From: Lytechinus pictus
Lineage: Eukaryota
Assembly: GCF_037042905.1 (NCBI RefSeq)
Contig: NC_087251.1
Span: 15,874,001-15,938,000, forward strand
Direction of reading: 5' to 3'
DNA length: 64,000 bases
Part shown: in pieces, positions 50,749-63,490 of the stretch
Numbering within the stretch: position 1 is the first letter of the stretch
Layout of the letters: each line of letters starts with the position of its first letter
Position numbers and translations under genes: made by a program
Notes under the pieces: model-generated
Databases searched by the model: none
Seen by the model: only the letters and a program-made list of their open reading frames with translations
Told to the model about the DNA's origin: nothing

Positions 50749-52154
50749 CAGTCTAAATATATTGCTGTACACATGCGTGACAAAAAAAACGTGTTTAAAG
50801 GGGTGTTTTTGTCTCACCTGCATAGCAGAGTGAGACTATAGGCGCCGCTTTTCCGACGGCGACGGCGACGGCGGCGGCGACGGCGGCGGCGACGGCGGCG
50901 GCGGCGTCAACTCCAAATCTTAACCTGAGGTTAAGTTTTTGAAATGACAGCATAACTTAGAAAGTATATGGACCTAGTTCATGAAACTTGGCCATAAGGT
51001 TAATCAAGTATTACTGAACATCCTGCCTGAGTTTCATGTCACATGGCCAAGGTCAAAGGTCATTTAGGGTCAATGAACTTAGACCATGTTGGGGGAATCA
51101 ACATCAAAATCTTAACCTAAGGTTAAGTTTTTGAAATGTCATCATAACTTAGAAAATATATGGACCTAGTTCATGAAACTTATACATAAGGTTAATCAAG
51201 TATCACTGAACATCCTGCATGAGTTTCACGTCACATGACCAAGGTCAAAGGTCATTTAGGGTCAATGAACTTTGGCCGAATTGGGGGTATCTGTTGAATT
51301 ACCATCATAACTTTGAAAGTTTATGGATCTGATTCATGAAACTTGGACATAATAGTAATCAAGTATTACTGAACATCCTGTGCAAGTTTCAGGTCACATG
51401 ATCAAGGTCAAAGGTCATTTAGGGTCAATGAACTTTGGCCAAATTGGGGTATTTGTTGAATTACAGCCATAAATTTGAAAGTGTGTTGGTCTAGTTCATA
51501 AAACTTGGACATAATAGTAATCAAGTATCACTGAACATCCTGTGCGAGTTTCAGGTCACATGATCAAGGTCAAAGGTCATGTAAGGTCAAAGAACTTTGG
51601 CCATGTTGGGGGTATTTGTTGAATTGCCATCATATCTCTATAAGTGTATTGGTCTAGTTCATAAAACGTGGAAATAAGAGTAACCAAGTATCACTGAACA
51701 TCTTGTGCGAGTTATAGTAGTTTTCAAAATCAGCACTGCTGCTATATTGAATCGCGTGATGCAGGTGAGACGGCCAGAGGCATTCCACTTGTTTCAGTTT
51801 TGGATGAGGGCTGCACGTGCACTCATTAAGGATATAAGAAAACACAGATTTTCAAGAAAAAGGGTGGTTTGAAAGACTGGTCAATGGTCGATTGCAGGGT
51901 CAAACGTATTTAAGGTATTTTTTTTTCAAGATTAGCCAAACGTGTTTAGGGTATGTTTTTTCCCAAAGCTTTTTCCCCGGGGTCATATTCTGGCGACAAC
52001 TTGTTTAGGGGCCAAAATGTGTAAACAAAGCCCACAAAAAACTTGTTTAGGGGGTTATTTTGCACACAGAGAAAAAACTTGTTTAGGGGGTGTTTGGAAA
52101 TAATTTGGTCATGCATGTGTTCAGCAATATATTTGACTGCCCCCCCCCCCCCGG
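50749..52154. mobile_element. MITE hosting the HINE family A insertion
   Basis: cagtctaaatatattgctgtacacatgcgtgac at 50749 is the inverted repeat of gtcatgcatgtgttcagcaatatatttgactg ending at 52139. Confidence 0.8.
50811..51794 (+). mobile_element. Complete Helentron-associated (DINE/HINE-like) element, family A
   Basis: subTIRs gtctcacctgca (50811) and tgcaggtgagac (51760-51771), (GGC/GAC)n, about 5 core repeats of 162-192 bp, inserted in a T-run. Confidence 0.9.
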
Positions 52155-52169
52155 ATTGCGGGCTGTGTG

Positions 52170-53420
52170 AAACCGTCTGCCGTTTGCTTGAGTCTGTCAG
52201 CTTGCGCTGCCAACTACGACCTCTTTGGTTGGCTTGAACTTGTGTAGTCAGCTGTGCAAACTACGCATAGAGTTGGTTGACTTTCGTATCATGCTGGCAT
52301 GTGAGGAAGTTGCGATGGCGGCAACCTAGATTGTATTTTAAAATACTAGACGGGCTGGCAACATCAACAATTTTATCTGCCAGTGCTGCTAGATCCACCA
52401 AACTTACCTCATTGCTTGTCGCAGCTAGGATGAGTTGGATAGTGATGATGGGCAAGAGCTGAAAAATAATTGCCTAAAAATGGAATCCATCATGCTAGTC
52501 CTCATCAGCTGAGCTGCATTTGCTGATTGAGGCACATCTGCTCGGAGACGGTTGTTTGCTTGACCAGTGCAGCTTTCAGTTTCTGATTATTGCCCAGGAC
52601 AGCAGTGATGATATCCCTCACCTTTGTGGCCCTTGCTGTAGGGAGGCAACCACATTATTAAATTTAGTTATCTCCTGAATTTCCAAGTCGTTCTATGAGG
52701 CCTCTGTGATTTCATCTTGCCTCAAAGCTTGTTCGTTTCATTATTGTGTCTACATACTCCTGCGTGATAGCTCGTTCTTTCACTCTTGATGGGCAACTGG
52801 AAGTCTTGGCAGAAAATCTTCAGGATTTGTATTCAGTGTCAAAAGTTCAAGTGAATAGCTATTTCCTTTCCGAGGAGGCATCCACCTTCCCCCTCGACAA
52901 TTTTTTTGACACCAACTGATTCTCCCTTTAAATACATGATTCCTATTTACTCTCTTCTCAATGGTAAAGCTTTTGTGTTTCCATATCCGGTTAGACATGG
53001 CTGGGATCTAGTTGTAGTTGTTCATCTCGGGCTGCCATGCAGTCCAAAGTTACAGAATCAGTGATGTTGGTTGTCTCCCCTGAATCATCAATCTTGGAGA
53101 TTTGATGACCATTTAACTCAACATTCCCCTGAGTGTGAATGCCTTTAGCTGAATAAATGTGGAAAGAGTACTCGACTAATCATCATCTGATGAGTATGAA
53201 TACACTTGCTCAGCATCCACTGTATGAATAATTCCTGGTCGAGTTCGAGAGGGCTTGCCACTCCGACAAAAGCAAGCAAAATGTTCAATCTTGCTGAACT
53301 TGTTTCATTTTTCCCTCTTGCTGGGCATGCTGGGTCTCTGGAAATATGGTCTTTCACACCACAATTCCAACATGTTTTGTCTGGAGGTGTCTTCGTGAAC
53401 TGCTGCTGGCCATGCTAGGA
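52170..53420 (-). mobile_element. Ty3/Gypsy LTR-retrotransposon remnants (gag/protease)
   Basis: Minus strand: TCWNCGVKDHISRDPACPARGK zinc knuckle (about 53310-53390), DSGETTNI protease-like motif (about 53070), and IQLILAATSNEVSLVDLAALADKI gag-like segment (52360-52440); many stops. Confidence 0.72.
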
Positions 53421-55529
53421 ACGTCGAGGATTGCCACTATTTCTGAATATACCATTTAGCTCCTCTGCTTGATCACTATTTGCCCACTTCCATCACTTCT
53501 ACTTGTCGAACTGCTGCCTCACTTTCCCAAGCAATGTGAAGGAGGGACTGCTGAGTCAGACTGGTCTTCCTTAGCAAACAACGTCAGAGAAACAGTGATC
53601 CGCACTGGTCAATGGATTGATCATGATCATGATCTTTCATGGACGTCTCCTCAAAACTGCATGTTAATTGAACAGGGTTTTAACAAAATATCTGGATATT
53701 TATCCAAAATCATGAAAGTAGTTGAGTAATTAGCTAATTTTCACCTTTTTTTTTCTCAAGGGATGAAAAATAATTAGTGTTTTTTTTCCTTCTTCCATCC
53801 ATCCGATCCGTGACCTTATTGCAGCACGTTTACATTCATAACTTCCCTAACTTTTCTTTATTAACTTGATTGTACTTTTCTTTTGATGTATTATTATTTT
53901 GATTGTCTAAATCACATTCACAGATTACAATCCTTGTATACTTTTTGGATACTATCAATTTTTTTTGAAGTTTTCTAAAATATTAATTTTTTTTCTTCTC
54001 CGTTGGAGCATACAAATTCATCAAACAATAATTAAAACAGTTCTTCATGAATTTTATCACTAATACTCTTCCAGTGTTGACAAATAAAACATGATGTATT
54101 GCAATTTCAAAACAGACAGTGTATTAATAATTCTATATCAATGTGATGTCCATATTATCCTTGGAAAAAACAAAAGTAAACAACAACACTCTACAATTAT
54201 ATACATGTATCACTACTCCAACTGATTGCTTATTCTACTAATGTCAAATTGACAGTCTGTTCATTTTCCCCACGCTCAATTAATTGGGAGTTCGTCATAG
54301 TCAAGACCAAAATCTTCCCTACATGTTATTGCAGTTTCCTCCCCACTTTTGAAGATAATTTCCATAGGAAATCTATTACAAAAAAGAAAAAAAAATCTTA
54401 GTGTAAAAATAATACTTTAATATAAATCAGAACACAATATCAATTATAATAATAATTGTATATTACTTTGCACAATATACTTAACTGCACAATACAAGAC
54501 TTGAATGGTGAAATAGTTAACATGATAAGTAAACAAAAGTACAATAACATGTAAGTTATAATTATAGCAAACAGGAACCTACTGCTCTACAAATTACATG
54601 ACAAAAAGTGACTTATTTATTGAAATTCTGGTGAAAAAGTTATGTTTTAAGTTTAGTATTGAACAAGATAAGAGATACATGTAATGCATTTCTTATAAAG
54701 AAAGGAGATTATTCTACAGTTTTGATGGAGCACAACAAAGGCACAATCATGATCAATATCTTTACAATACCTTTAATTTAGTACTATGCTCTTCAACCCT
54801 TTCAACCTCAAAAGCCAGAATAATGGCTATACAATGAAAGCACATATACCAGAAAAACCAGAATACCAGTTTCAAGTTGTGTGACTTGAAAAGCAAGGGT
54901 ATAAGATCAGGGAACCTTTTGGAACTTGTTTATAATTTCATCAATAAAAACTTTTCATTTTGTAAGTTTTTGGCCAAAATGTTCTACCCCACCAAGGAGG
55001 TTCATGTAATGATACACAGCATGTCGAATATGGACTCCGCGTAAGCTATAAGTGAATTTTACTTTTGTTAAAGCAAAACAATTAATAATTAATGCTGTTT
55101 CAAGAATGTGGAAAACCAGTCCACACCCGCCATCTCATTATCTGTCCAAGCAGATGGAAATTTCAGGGTGTTTGCTTTAGCAAATTAATTGCCAGCTTTC
55201 TATATTGAAACAAAATTTGAGATTATCATTAGTACAGGAAAGTACAGAACATCAGCTGAGCCAGGCTTTTAAGTAGGGGAACTGTGTATCTATAATTGGC
55301 ACTCATACACATGTACATGTAGCTCGTCCCTCCAGCTGTACATTATGTATGGGACCATCCTGAGTAAATACTTTCTTTTACAACTTTCAAGAAAACAACT
55401 ACCGTAATTGTTACTTTAAGGGTTTAACTAAGTAACAACTTGTCTATTTAAACAATAAACTCAGTTTGCAACACCTGAAATACAGCTTAAATGTCTCTTT
55501 ATGATAAATTCCAAAATTAAGTCACTGTT

Positions 55530-57010
55530 TCCATCATTTGGCACTCATCACACATGTAGCTCTTCTCTCCCTCTGTGCATTCTGTATGGGACCATCCTAA
55601 GCAGCCCATGCACTGTACCCATTGCTCCCATGGTGCTGAGTTGGAATACAAGACACCTGGGTCCCGTTCATCTCTGGGGTCTTCTGGATACCTTCTGGAA
55701 GACTGCTAACGCCAGTTGGTCCAGCCTCGTTTTCAGATGCACTGCTGTAAATGCTAGAGCATCAGGTGGATTCTGCTTGGACTCTGAATTCTGATGCGGA
55801 AGGTCTACTTGATTTTTATTCGTACTTTGTGCATGATCTGCCTGATCAGGTTGGTTCTCTGTGGAAAGTGTGTTATTGTCTTGTGAATTGTCCAGGTTGG
55901 CTTGATCTGAATGTTAACCAGTGGCATTTGCTTGCTCCAGAGGGCGATCAGCAAAAAATCCAGGAAGAAACTCATGATCGCCAAAAATATGCCGGTTGAA
56001 AGAGTAGATACCACAAACATTTAAGCCTCTCTGGATGTTAGATGCTGTAGCTGCCAGTGGCAAGGCTTGCTTTACAATTCTTGGAATGTCGTAAATGGAC
56101 ATATATAGTCTTCCCGGGATTTGACTTCATCCAAGCATCACAAGCTGAGTTGATATATTGCTTTAGCAGCCCATAGACACTGTGATCTAATGGTTGGAGC
56201 CTATGGGAAGCAGTGTGGAGGCAATGTGAGAAGTACTACACCATTTTCGCGGCCCAGATCAATGATGGAGATCGATACATGCGAATCATGATTGTAGAGA
56301 ATGAGAAGAACAGGTCGCTCTTTGTACATTTTGTGGCCTTCATGAAGTGCTGTAGGAAGATCAAGAAATCATTGGATTTCATCCACCTGCTTGGTTTTGC
56401 AGACCCTATGCATCCCACTGGTCCATCCCTGATGAAATGTTCACGGAAATGCACACGTGGGAATATGAAGATGGGTGGTATTGCATTCCCTGATGCACTC
56501 ACAGCAACACACATTGTGACAAGGGTACCCTGCTCTGCAGATGTGATAGCTCCAACCTGTTCTACCCCCAACCTGTTCTACCCCCTTTCTTGCAACTATA
56601 GGTCAGGCTTCTGTACTGTTGTTATTCCTGTTTCATGTTTTCAAATGTAGATTTCATGAGGCTCAAAGTGGTGGTTTTTCAAGCACTCTGGCTTAATTGT
56701 CAAAGAAATCCCCAACATTCTTACGGTTAAAGCTGGAAGCTCTGCTCAAACTGGTAGCTTCTTGTAATCTAATGGAGAGGTCTTTATGCTTTTTCAAGAA
56801 TGTGGAAAACCAGTTCACAGCCGCCATCTCATTATCTGTCCAAGCAGATGGAAACTTCACGGTGTTTGCTTCAGCAAATTCATTGCCAGCTTTCTAACTT
56901 CTTTTGGCAAAAGGCCATTGTACATTTCAAACGAGCTTCTTGATCTTCATTAAAAACAAGCTTGCCAGACACGTAACCAATTCTGGGTTTACGTTAACAT
57001 GAATTTCTTT
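55530..57010 (-). mobile_element. Decayed pogo/Tigger-like (DDE-1) transposase with CENP-B-type HTH and C-terminal PHD-like finger
   Basis: WFSTFLKKHKDLSIR..ATSLSRASSFN; VGAITSAEQGTLVTMCVAVSASGNAIPPIFIFPR; SHRLQPLDHSVYG; EQWVQCMGCLGWSHTEC...YMCDEC; multiple frameshifts. Confidence 0.88.
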
Positions 57011-59117
57011 ATAATCCATAGGGGCTGGGGGTGATTTAATGCCTGAAATGATCAAAAGAGCCCTGAAAGCTAAAAATGTAGCTGTGGAAAATCCACATTC
57101 ATAGCATTGCACGTTATTAGCTCATGCAATATTGCAGATTCATGTAGCAAGGCTGTAAGCTGGGTAAAGTAACCCCAGTGCCCAGATTAAAAAAAAATAT
57201 CCTTGTTCCTTCCATTCTAAAATATCTGCTATGGACTCCCATCAAAATTTCTTACAAATAACCATGCCATGGCCATCATTTCATTTTTTTTAAACGGTCC
57301 CAAGACACAATCATTCAAATTACAAATGATTTTGCGAAGTAGGGGCACTGTGCCTGTGCAAATTTTGCGCACCATACGATGGCCTAGATACATTGAAATA
57401 TTTTGGTGGCACAAACAGCATTGATCTTCTAAAGGGTTAGGATTAGGGTTAGGGTGGCTGTCGCAAAAGGAATTCTTTCCAAATGTAACTTACCACGGGT
57501 TCTTGCCCTACGCCAAGATGGTCATCGACATGATGTGTATAGCTGCCATTGTTGTCTCTGTCCGACTCATGTAGATGCCCAACTTTAGATCTCGATCTTC
57601 TTGGTCATCTAGATTTATGCTTGCACTGTCGTCAGCAACTCCTTGAACCCCAGATGATTCTAATATTGATCCACCTGGAGGATACACACTTGGTTTTCCT
57701 CCTAAAACTCTGCAATCAGAACTTCATGGTTCTGCAATGTAGGGTAATGTAACATTCAAACTCTATGTAACAGAATGATGCTGCGACACTATAACCAACA
57801 ATACATATTCGCCTTTGCTATGAAGCGATTTACTTTTAAATAGATTTGTTTCAGTATTTTTTAATCTGAAACTCATCAATTTGACAGAGTTAACGAAAAT
57901 ACTGCAAAGGTCTTGGCTCAAATGGTGCCAAAATCCCCCCACCCCCACCTTTAAGTTTAGTCCCTGAATTATAAAGAGCCAAAAGGACACCAAATTTCAA
58001 TCCTAGAAAATCACCATAAAGACTACCTCTCTGTATAAAGTTTTCAAGTATAATATTTTACCACCTCTACAAGTCCAAGTACAACTGAATATGATCTTTT
58101 TCTAATGTGGTAGCTCGTTGTAGAATTTCTTGTAGTCTGGGTGTGCAGGGGTAATCCCGGAGCAAAGTGCCATTAAGTCCTTTATTTTCCCTGAGACAGC
58201 TTAGGAAGCCTGGACTCATATGCACCTAGCGTTGGATCTTCTTCTAGTCCATTTGAGCCTCGTCTTGTTCCCAGAAGTCTGATATGACAAAAGGCATCCA
58301 TTGTATGGGTGGTTTTGAAGAAGATGCTGTCTTCAACCATTTTCATGACTTTAATGGCCTAGAACTTAGTCCAGTCTACGGGTGTGCCATCATCTGCACT
58401 CGAAGGATACCCTTCTTTTGGCTGTATGTCTTCCAATCTTGGATGTCTGCAGATGTTACAGAAGCAACCTTGTATCTTGGTGGTGTTTCCTTTGCCATTT
58501 GACAAATGGTAGCCAACTGAGCTGGAAGACTAACCACGGCCCATTTCATTTTTCTTTTCAAAACCAAAAACTGCTGAAATATAACAAAGCCATAACTCTT
58601 AAGTGCATGGCAAAAACACTACACATATCATCTAAACTGAGGCAATAGATAATGCCCTCTCTTCAGTGTTCTATTAAAAATTAGTGGATCAATACACATT
58701 TGATTTTCCCAATGGGTTTCTGTACTTTTACCAGGCTTGACACCCATTCAGTTGGTTGTACAACAGGCACAATGTAACCCTTTTTCTCTAATGTGGTTAA
58801 TTCATCCTTTAACCTATCCTTTACTGGAAGAGGAACCCTCCTTGGTGGCATCACTACTGGTGACACTGTTTCATCTACCTGCAAGTGTACTTTTCCTGGC
58901 ATTTCCCTCTTCCACTAAAGACTTCAGGGTTTTCCTTAATCATCTTTAGTAGTAACATAGCTTTCATTATTTCTATCAGTAACTGAATCTACCTGAGAGT
59001 TATCTCTACACACTTTGATTGTTTCCATGAGCTGGGCTGTTTTGAGCCCATTCACAGGAATAGCATGATCCACATCTACAACTACAAAGTGAACATCATA
59101 TTACTAAAGGCCCTAGC

Positions 59118-59361
59118 TGTCACATCATTCCGTGAGAGCCTTGCGAGTAATCACTCGCAACTCACTTGCAAGGCTTGCATGGAACGCAACAAAGTTTTGA
59201 GCATGTTCAAAACTTTTCTGCGTGCAAATCAGACTTGCGTGCGCTTCTGCGGTCATCTGCGTGTGAGATGTGTGCGAGATACTGTCAATGCGGGCAACCT
59301 GCGAGTAGCAAAAATAGTTACCCGCAAGTCACACGCAAGGCTTGCACGGAACGATGTGACA
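59118..59361. mobile_element. Palindromic MITE
   Basis: tgtcacatcattccgtgagagccttgcg / cgcaaggcttgcacggaacgatgtgaca; internal palindrome aaagttttgagcatgttcaaaacttt. Confidence 0.85.
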
Positions 59362-59540
59362 TTTTTTACATTCTTCATTGTTTGAGTGCACTCACCAACA
59401 GTTGTGATTTTGGCTTTACCCCTGTACAGAGAAAGCTTCTCCTAATACATTTATGCATTTTAGCATTACCTGGAAATTTCTTCTTGGGCAAAACATTGCA
59501 AGTTGCCCCACTATCAGTTTGCATCTGCATCTTTTCCCCT

Positions 59541-60052
59541 TTAAAGGTCAAGTCCACCCCTTGAAAATATTGATTTGAATAAATAGAGAAAAATCAAACC
59601 AGCATATTGCTGAAAATTTCATCAAAATCGGATGTAAAATAAGAAAGTTATGGCATTTTAAAGTTTCGCTTATTTTTCACAAAACAGTGATATGCACAAC
59701 TCATTCACATGCAAATGGGTCAGTCAATGATGTCCATCACTCACTATTTCTTTTATTTTTTATTGTTTGAATTATACAATATTTCAATTTTTACAGATTT
59801 GACAATAACGACCCACTTGACTGAACCATATAGTATCAAACAATGCCAATTCCACATGTTCAGGGAGGAATAATCGTTTCATTTGACAATGAGGAAAAAA
59901 TTAGAATATTTCATATCTCATATAATATAAAAATACAAAGCAAATAGTGAGTGGATGACGTCATCAGTCTCCTCCTTTGCATACCAACCAGTATGTTCAT
60001 TTATAACTGTTTTGTGATATTAAGCGAAACTCTAAAATGTTATAACTTTCTT
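59541..60052. mobile_element. Truncated second copy of the 11025-11610 MITE
   Basis: Same left end and collinear body; right TIR mostly missing. Confidence 0.88.
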
Positions 60053-60749
60053 GCTTAACAATGCTATGACCTTACTATCAATGTCAGCCTTATACACTTC
60101 TTTATTATCACTACATGCTTAATATTCATCTTATACCAATTTTGCTACATGCTTCTTAGCCTTTGATTGTGTATGTTTCTTGTACCACTTTAGACTAAAA
60201 AACTTATTTTCCCACACTTCGCACACACTTTCCCATAAGCTGGGCATTTCCTTAACTCGTGCTTCCCAGCACAGAATTTGCAATTTTTAATAAGTCAACA
60301 AACTCCTTCGTCGAATCTGAGGACATTGTGTCAGCAGTGTTGCCAGGATAGCACAATGTCACAGCATTTATAGTTCCATGGTCACAGCAACACTCACTGT
60401 CTCATCACAGCCTACCTATCCAGTCATCTGATGATTGAACATTCAGGCCAGTTTGTTACCGTAACAGATTTGTTTGATGAGGATGGCAATCAACGCTCAA
60501 ACCACACCTGTTGGAATTGACATAGCACTGATAATTCGGTGTTGAACCAGACTCTCATTTTTTGTGTTGTATATATATAGGTTGATCAACATGTTTATGA
60601 TGACCCTTGGGTAGTAACATACAGTATTGTGGTGTATACATAACTACATACTTTATGAGACTGGCAATATGTTATTATCCTGTCACTTGCAGGTCCTTTC
60701 AATGTGATTTTGGTGATAACAAAGGTAATATTGCATCATTTTCCGTGTA

Positions 60750-61510
60750 CACTGTTAGAAAAATTTCCGTTTTTTAACGGAAAAAGTCCGGCAGCAAAAT
60801 TTCCGGACTTTTTTTTTTTTTCCGTAAATTTACAGAAAGTGGTAATTTATGGAAAAGTTCTGTAAAATATACAAGATTCCGTAAATTACAATTCTTGAAA
60901 ATACGGACTTTATTTACGGAAACTTTACAGAAAATTTACATAAATTAACATGATTCCGTATAAATAATTAACGGAAAAAAAAAATTTGTCCGGAAATTTT
61001 GCTGCCGGAATTTTTTTTTTTTTGTCCGTAATTTTACGGATTCCTTTTCCGTAAAATTACCGTACTTTTACAAAATTCCCATGTAAAATACGGATTTTAT
61101 TTACGGAAATTTTACAGAAAATTTACGTGAATTAACATGATTCCGTATAAATAATTAACGGAAAAAAAAAATTTGTCCGGAAATTTTGCTGCCGGAATTT
61201 TTTTTTTTTGTCCGTAATTTTACGGATTCCTTTTCCATAAAATTACCGTACTTTTACAAATTCCCATGTAAAATACGGATATTATATACGGAAATTTTAC
61301 AGAAAATTTACGTGAATTAACATGATTCCGTATAAATAATTAACGGGGAAAAAAAATTTGTCCGGAAATTTTGGTGCCGGAATTTTTTTTTAAAATCCGT
61401 AATTTTACGGATTCCTTTCCGTAAAATTACCGTACTTTTACAAAATTCCCATGTAAATTTACACATTTCCGTAAAAAAACAAGTTTACAGAATTCTTAAA
61501 TTTTTAACAG
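60750..61510. repeat. TIR-bounded element with ~186-bp internal tandem array
   Basis: cactgttagaaaaattt...aaatttttaacag; tgattccgtataaataattaacgg recurs at 60951, 61138 and 61323. Confidence 0.85.
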
Positions 61511-62568
61511 ATATTTTTTAATCAGTAGATACCTTACAATAGGAACGCTGATTTGCTATTTAAACATGTACTCCCAAACACATGGTAGATTGTATGAATG
61601 CATTCACTTAAGGCCTGAACAAAAATTGTGTTGCCCTTTTCTGACCTGGACGAATCGGGCCAGCTTTTTTCAATAATTTTTATCATACTAAGCTTACTAT
61701 TTCTAGAAGAAAACATGGCAACAGTGATTGTGTCTCGCCCACTCATGAAAATAACCAGAAATATCGTGATTTGCGAGGGCACACAACATAATTGTATTGA
61801 AACTTCATTGTGAAATGACTGGGATGGAATAACACATAAACTTTAATGTTGACCTGTAAATTCAATTCAATTCAAAATGGTTTATTAAAAAAGGCAAAAG
61901 CCGAATTGCGAAAATTTACATTTCAAACAAAATCATCAATAACAAGGTAAAAAAACGTATAGTACTACGAACAAATTTCAATATAGACATATGTAACAAA
62001 GTTTATCATAAATAAATTTAAATCGATACTGATCAATAAAAAAAATTGAAAAATATTCAAAATACATGTAAATATGAGTGGATAGAGGAAATGAATTGGA
62101 AAGCAGAAAGGAATAGAAATAGTGGAGGAGAGAAGAGAGGCAGAGAGAGAGAGAGAGAAGAGAAGAAATTTATGGTGGAAGGGAAACAGAGAGAAAAGGG
62201 CGAAGAAGCAATTAGGTCACATTTTTTCATACATGCTGCAATAATACATATTTTGGCAATTTTTGTGACTTCAATTCAAATATTAAGTTTACGACTAGAT
62301 ATCAGTGAATAATTGCTCATATGAAAGAAAAATATTTTGATTAACAAAGTAAAATGAAATGAAATGAAATGAAATGAAACTTGAGTTCGCCAAACATAAA
62401 GAGAACTCAACATTAGAATTAGTATGTAATCTGCATTTTATAAAAAACAATCGTTTAATGATATCACATTTTAAGAGTCCAATGAATGATGAGTTTTTTA
62501 ATTCTCAGCCATTCGTAGTTTGATATTATTATACATGTAACGATAGGGGAAGATATATAAAAAAAAAA

Positions 62569-63490
62569 CTACTCCTTGTAATCAATTCTTTTAGAGTTAA
62601 AGGTAAATGCTAGTTTTGGTAACGATATCAAAATGAGTTCGTACAGAATCCAATGAAATGACCACCAAAGTGTCTGTTTGTATAAATAAAACATATGTGC
62701 CAAAGGATTCTGGAAGAAATTGTGTAATTGCTGAGAAATCAGCAAATAAGCACAGGATTCGGGTAGAGCGTCGGGCCCGACATTCAAAGCAATAATTATA
62801 CACTGTCCCACGTGCGCTTATCTGTGTTGGGGATCTTCAGCCTGAACATTTTTCAGCGTAGATTTCAAGATTTCACAAAGTTCAGTTTATGTAACTGTAC
62901 CAGATCTAGATCCTCGATGATATACTGACAATTAAGCCTTGTTTTACAGACTTTCTCATGAAATCAGTGTTTACTGCAACTACTGGAATTTCTCTTTAAG
63001 GTGCCAAATCAACGAGGGCAAGGGGCTATTTCTATATCGTGAAGTTCGACATCGCATCTCTACTGTTCCGGCCAAGCTTCTAGTCTGATATTGACAAGTC
63101 CTATTTTGAGGTAGAAGGTGATACAGTTTAGACGTGGGGATTTGCATAGACTTCGCAAACGCAAGACAAGAGTTTGATCCATCTATCTTCAAGAGACATC
63201 AGTTCTGACTGGAGTAAAGCATGCTCATATGAAGAATATGCTGCTCCAAAAATGATTCTAAGGGCACGTTTCTGAAAACGTTCGATGACTTGTACTTGTT
63301 GTTTTGTTAGTGCTCCTGACCATACAGGTACAGCATATTCAACAACTGGTCTCACGAAACTAGTATATACAACTATAAGGTCCTGAAATTACAGACTATG
63401 ATATTTCAAAGTGTGAAGAACATATAAACGACTATTTGCGCGCTTGACCATATATCCAACATGTGTAGACCATTTCAAATCTGACTGGAT
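62569..63490 (-). mobile_element. Decayed LINE ORF2 C-terminal fragment
   Basis: SDLKWSTHV...RANSRLY; RPVVEYAVPVWSG...ERFQKRALRII; CRTSRYRNSPLP. Confidence 0.85.
62597..62999. mobile_element. TTAA-flanked MITE inserted in a LINE ORF
   Basis: TTAA-AGGTAAATGCTAGT...ACTGGAATTTCTCT-TTAA; removing it rejoins the LINE reading frame. Confidence 0.8.

Larger units (their letters stand above)
58080..60400 (-). mobile_element. Decayed Ty3/Gypsy element (gag knuckle, protease, RT start, integrase remnants) with nested MITEs
   Basis: CKFCAGKHELRKCPAYGKVCAKCGK (about 60210-60290), TDSGATCNVLP (about 59490-59520), PVVMPPRRVPLPVKDRLKDEL...PTEWVSSLV (58730-58860). Confidence 0.85.

Noticed and set aside
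57433..57455. Interstitial telomere repeat (gggttaggattagggttaggg)
   Set aside because: Only about three imperfect units; such motifs are common inside dispersed repeats.
60900..61460. CRISPR-like array (also considered for 45900-46620 and 50900-51700)
   Set aside because: Whole units repeat with no unique spacers; eukaryotic context; explained as transposon-internal tandem repeats.
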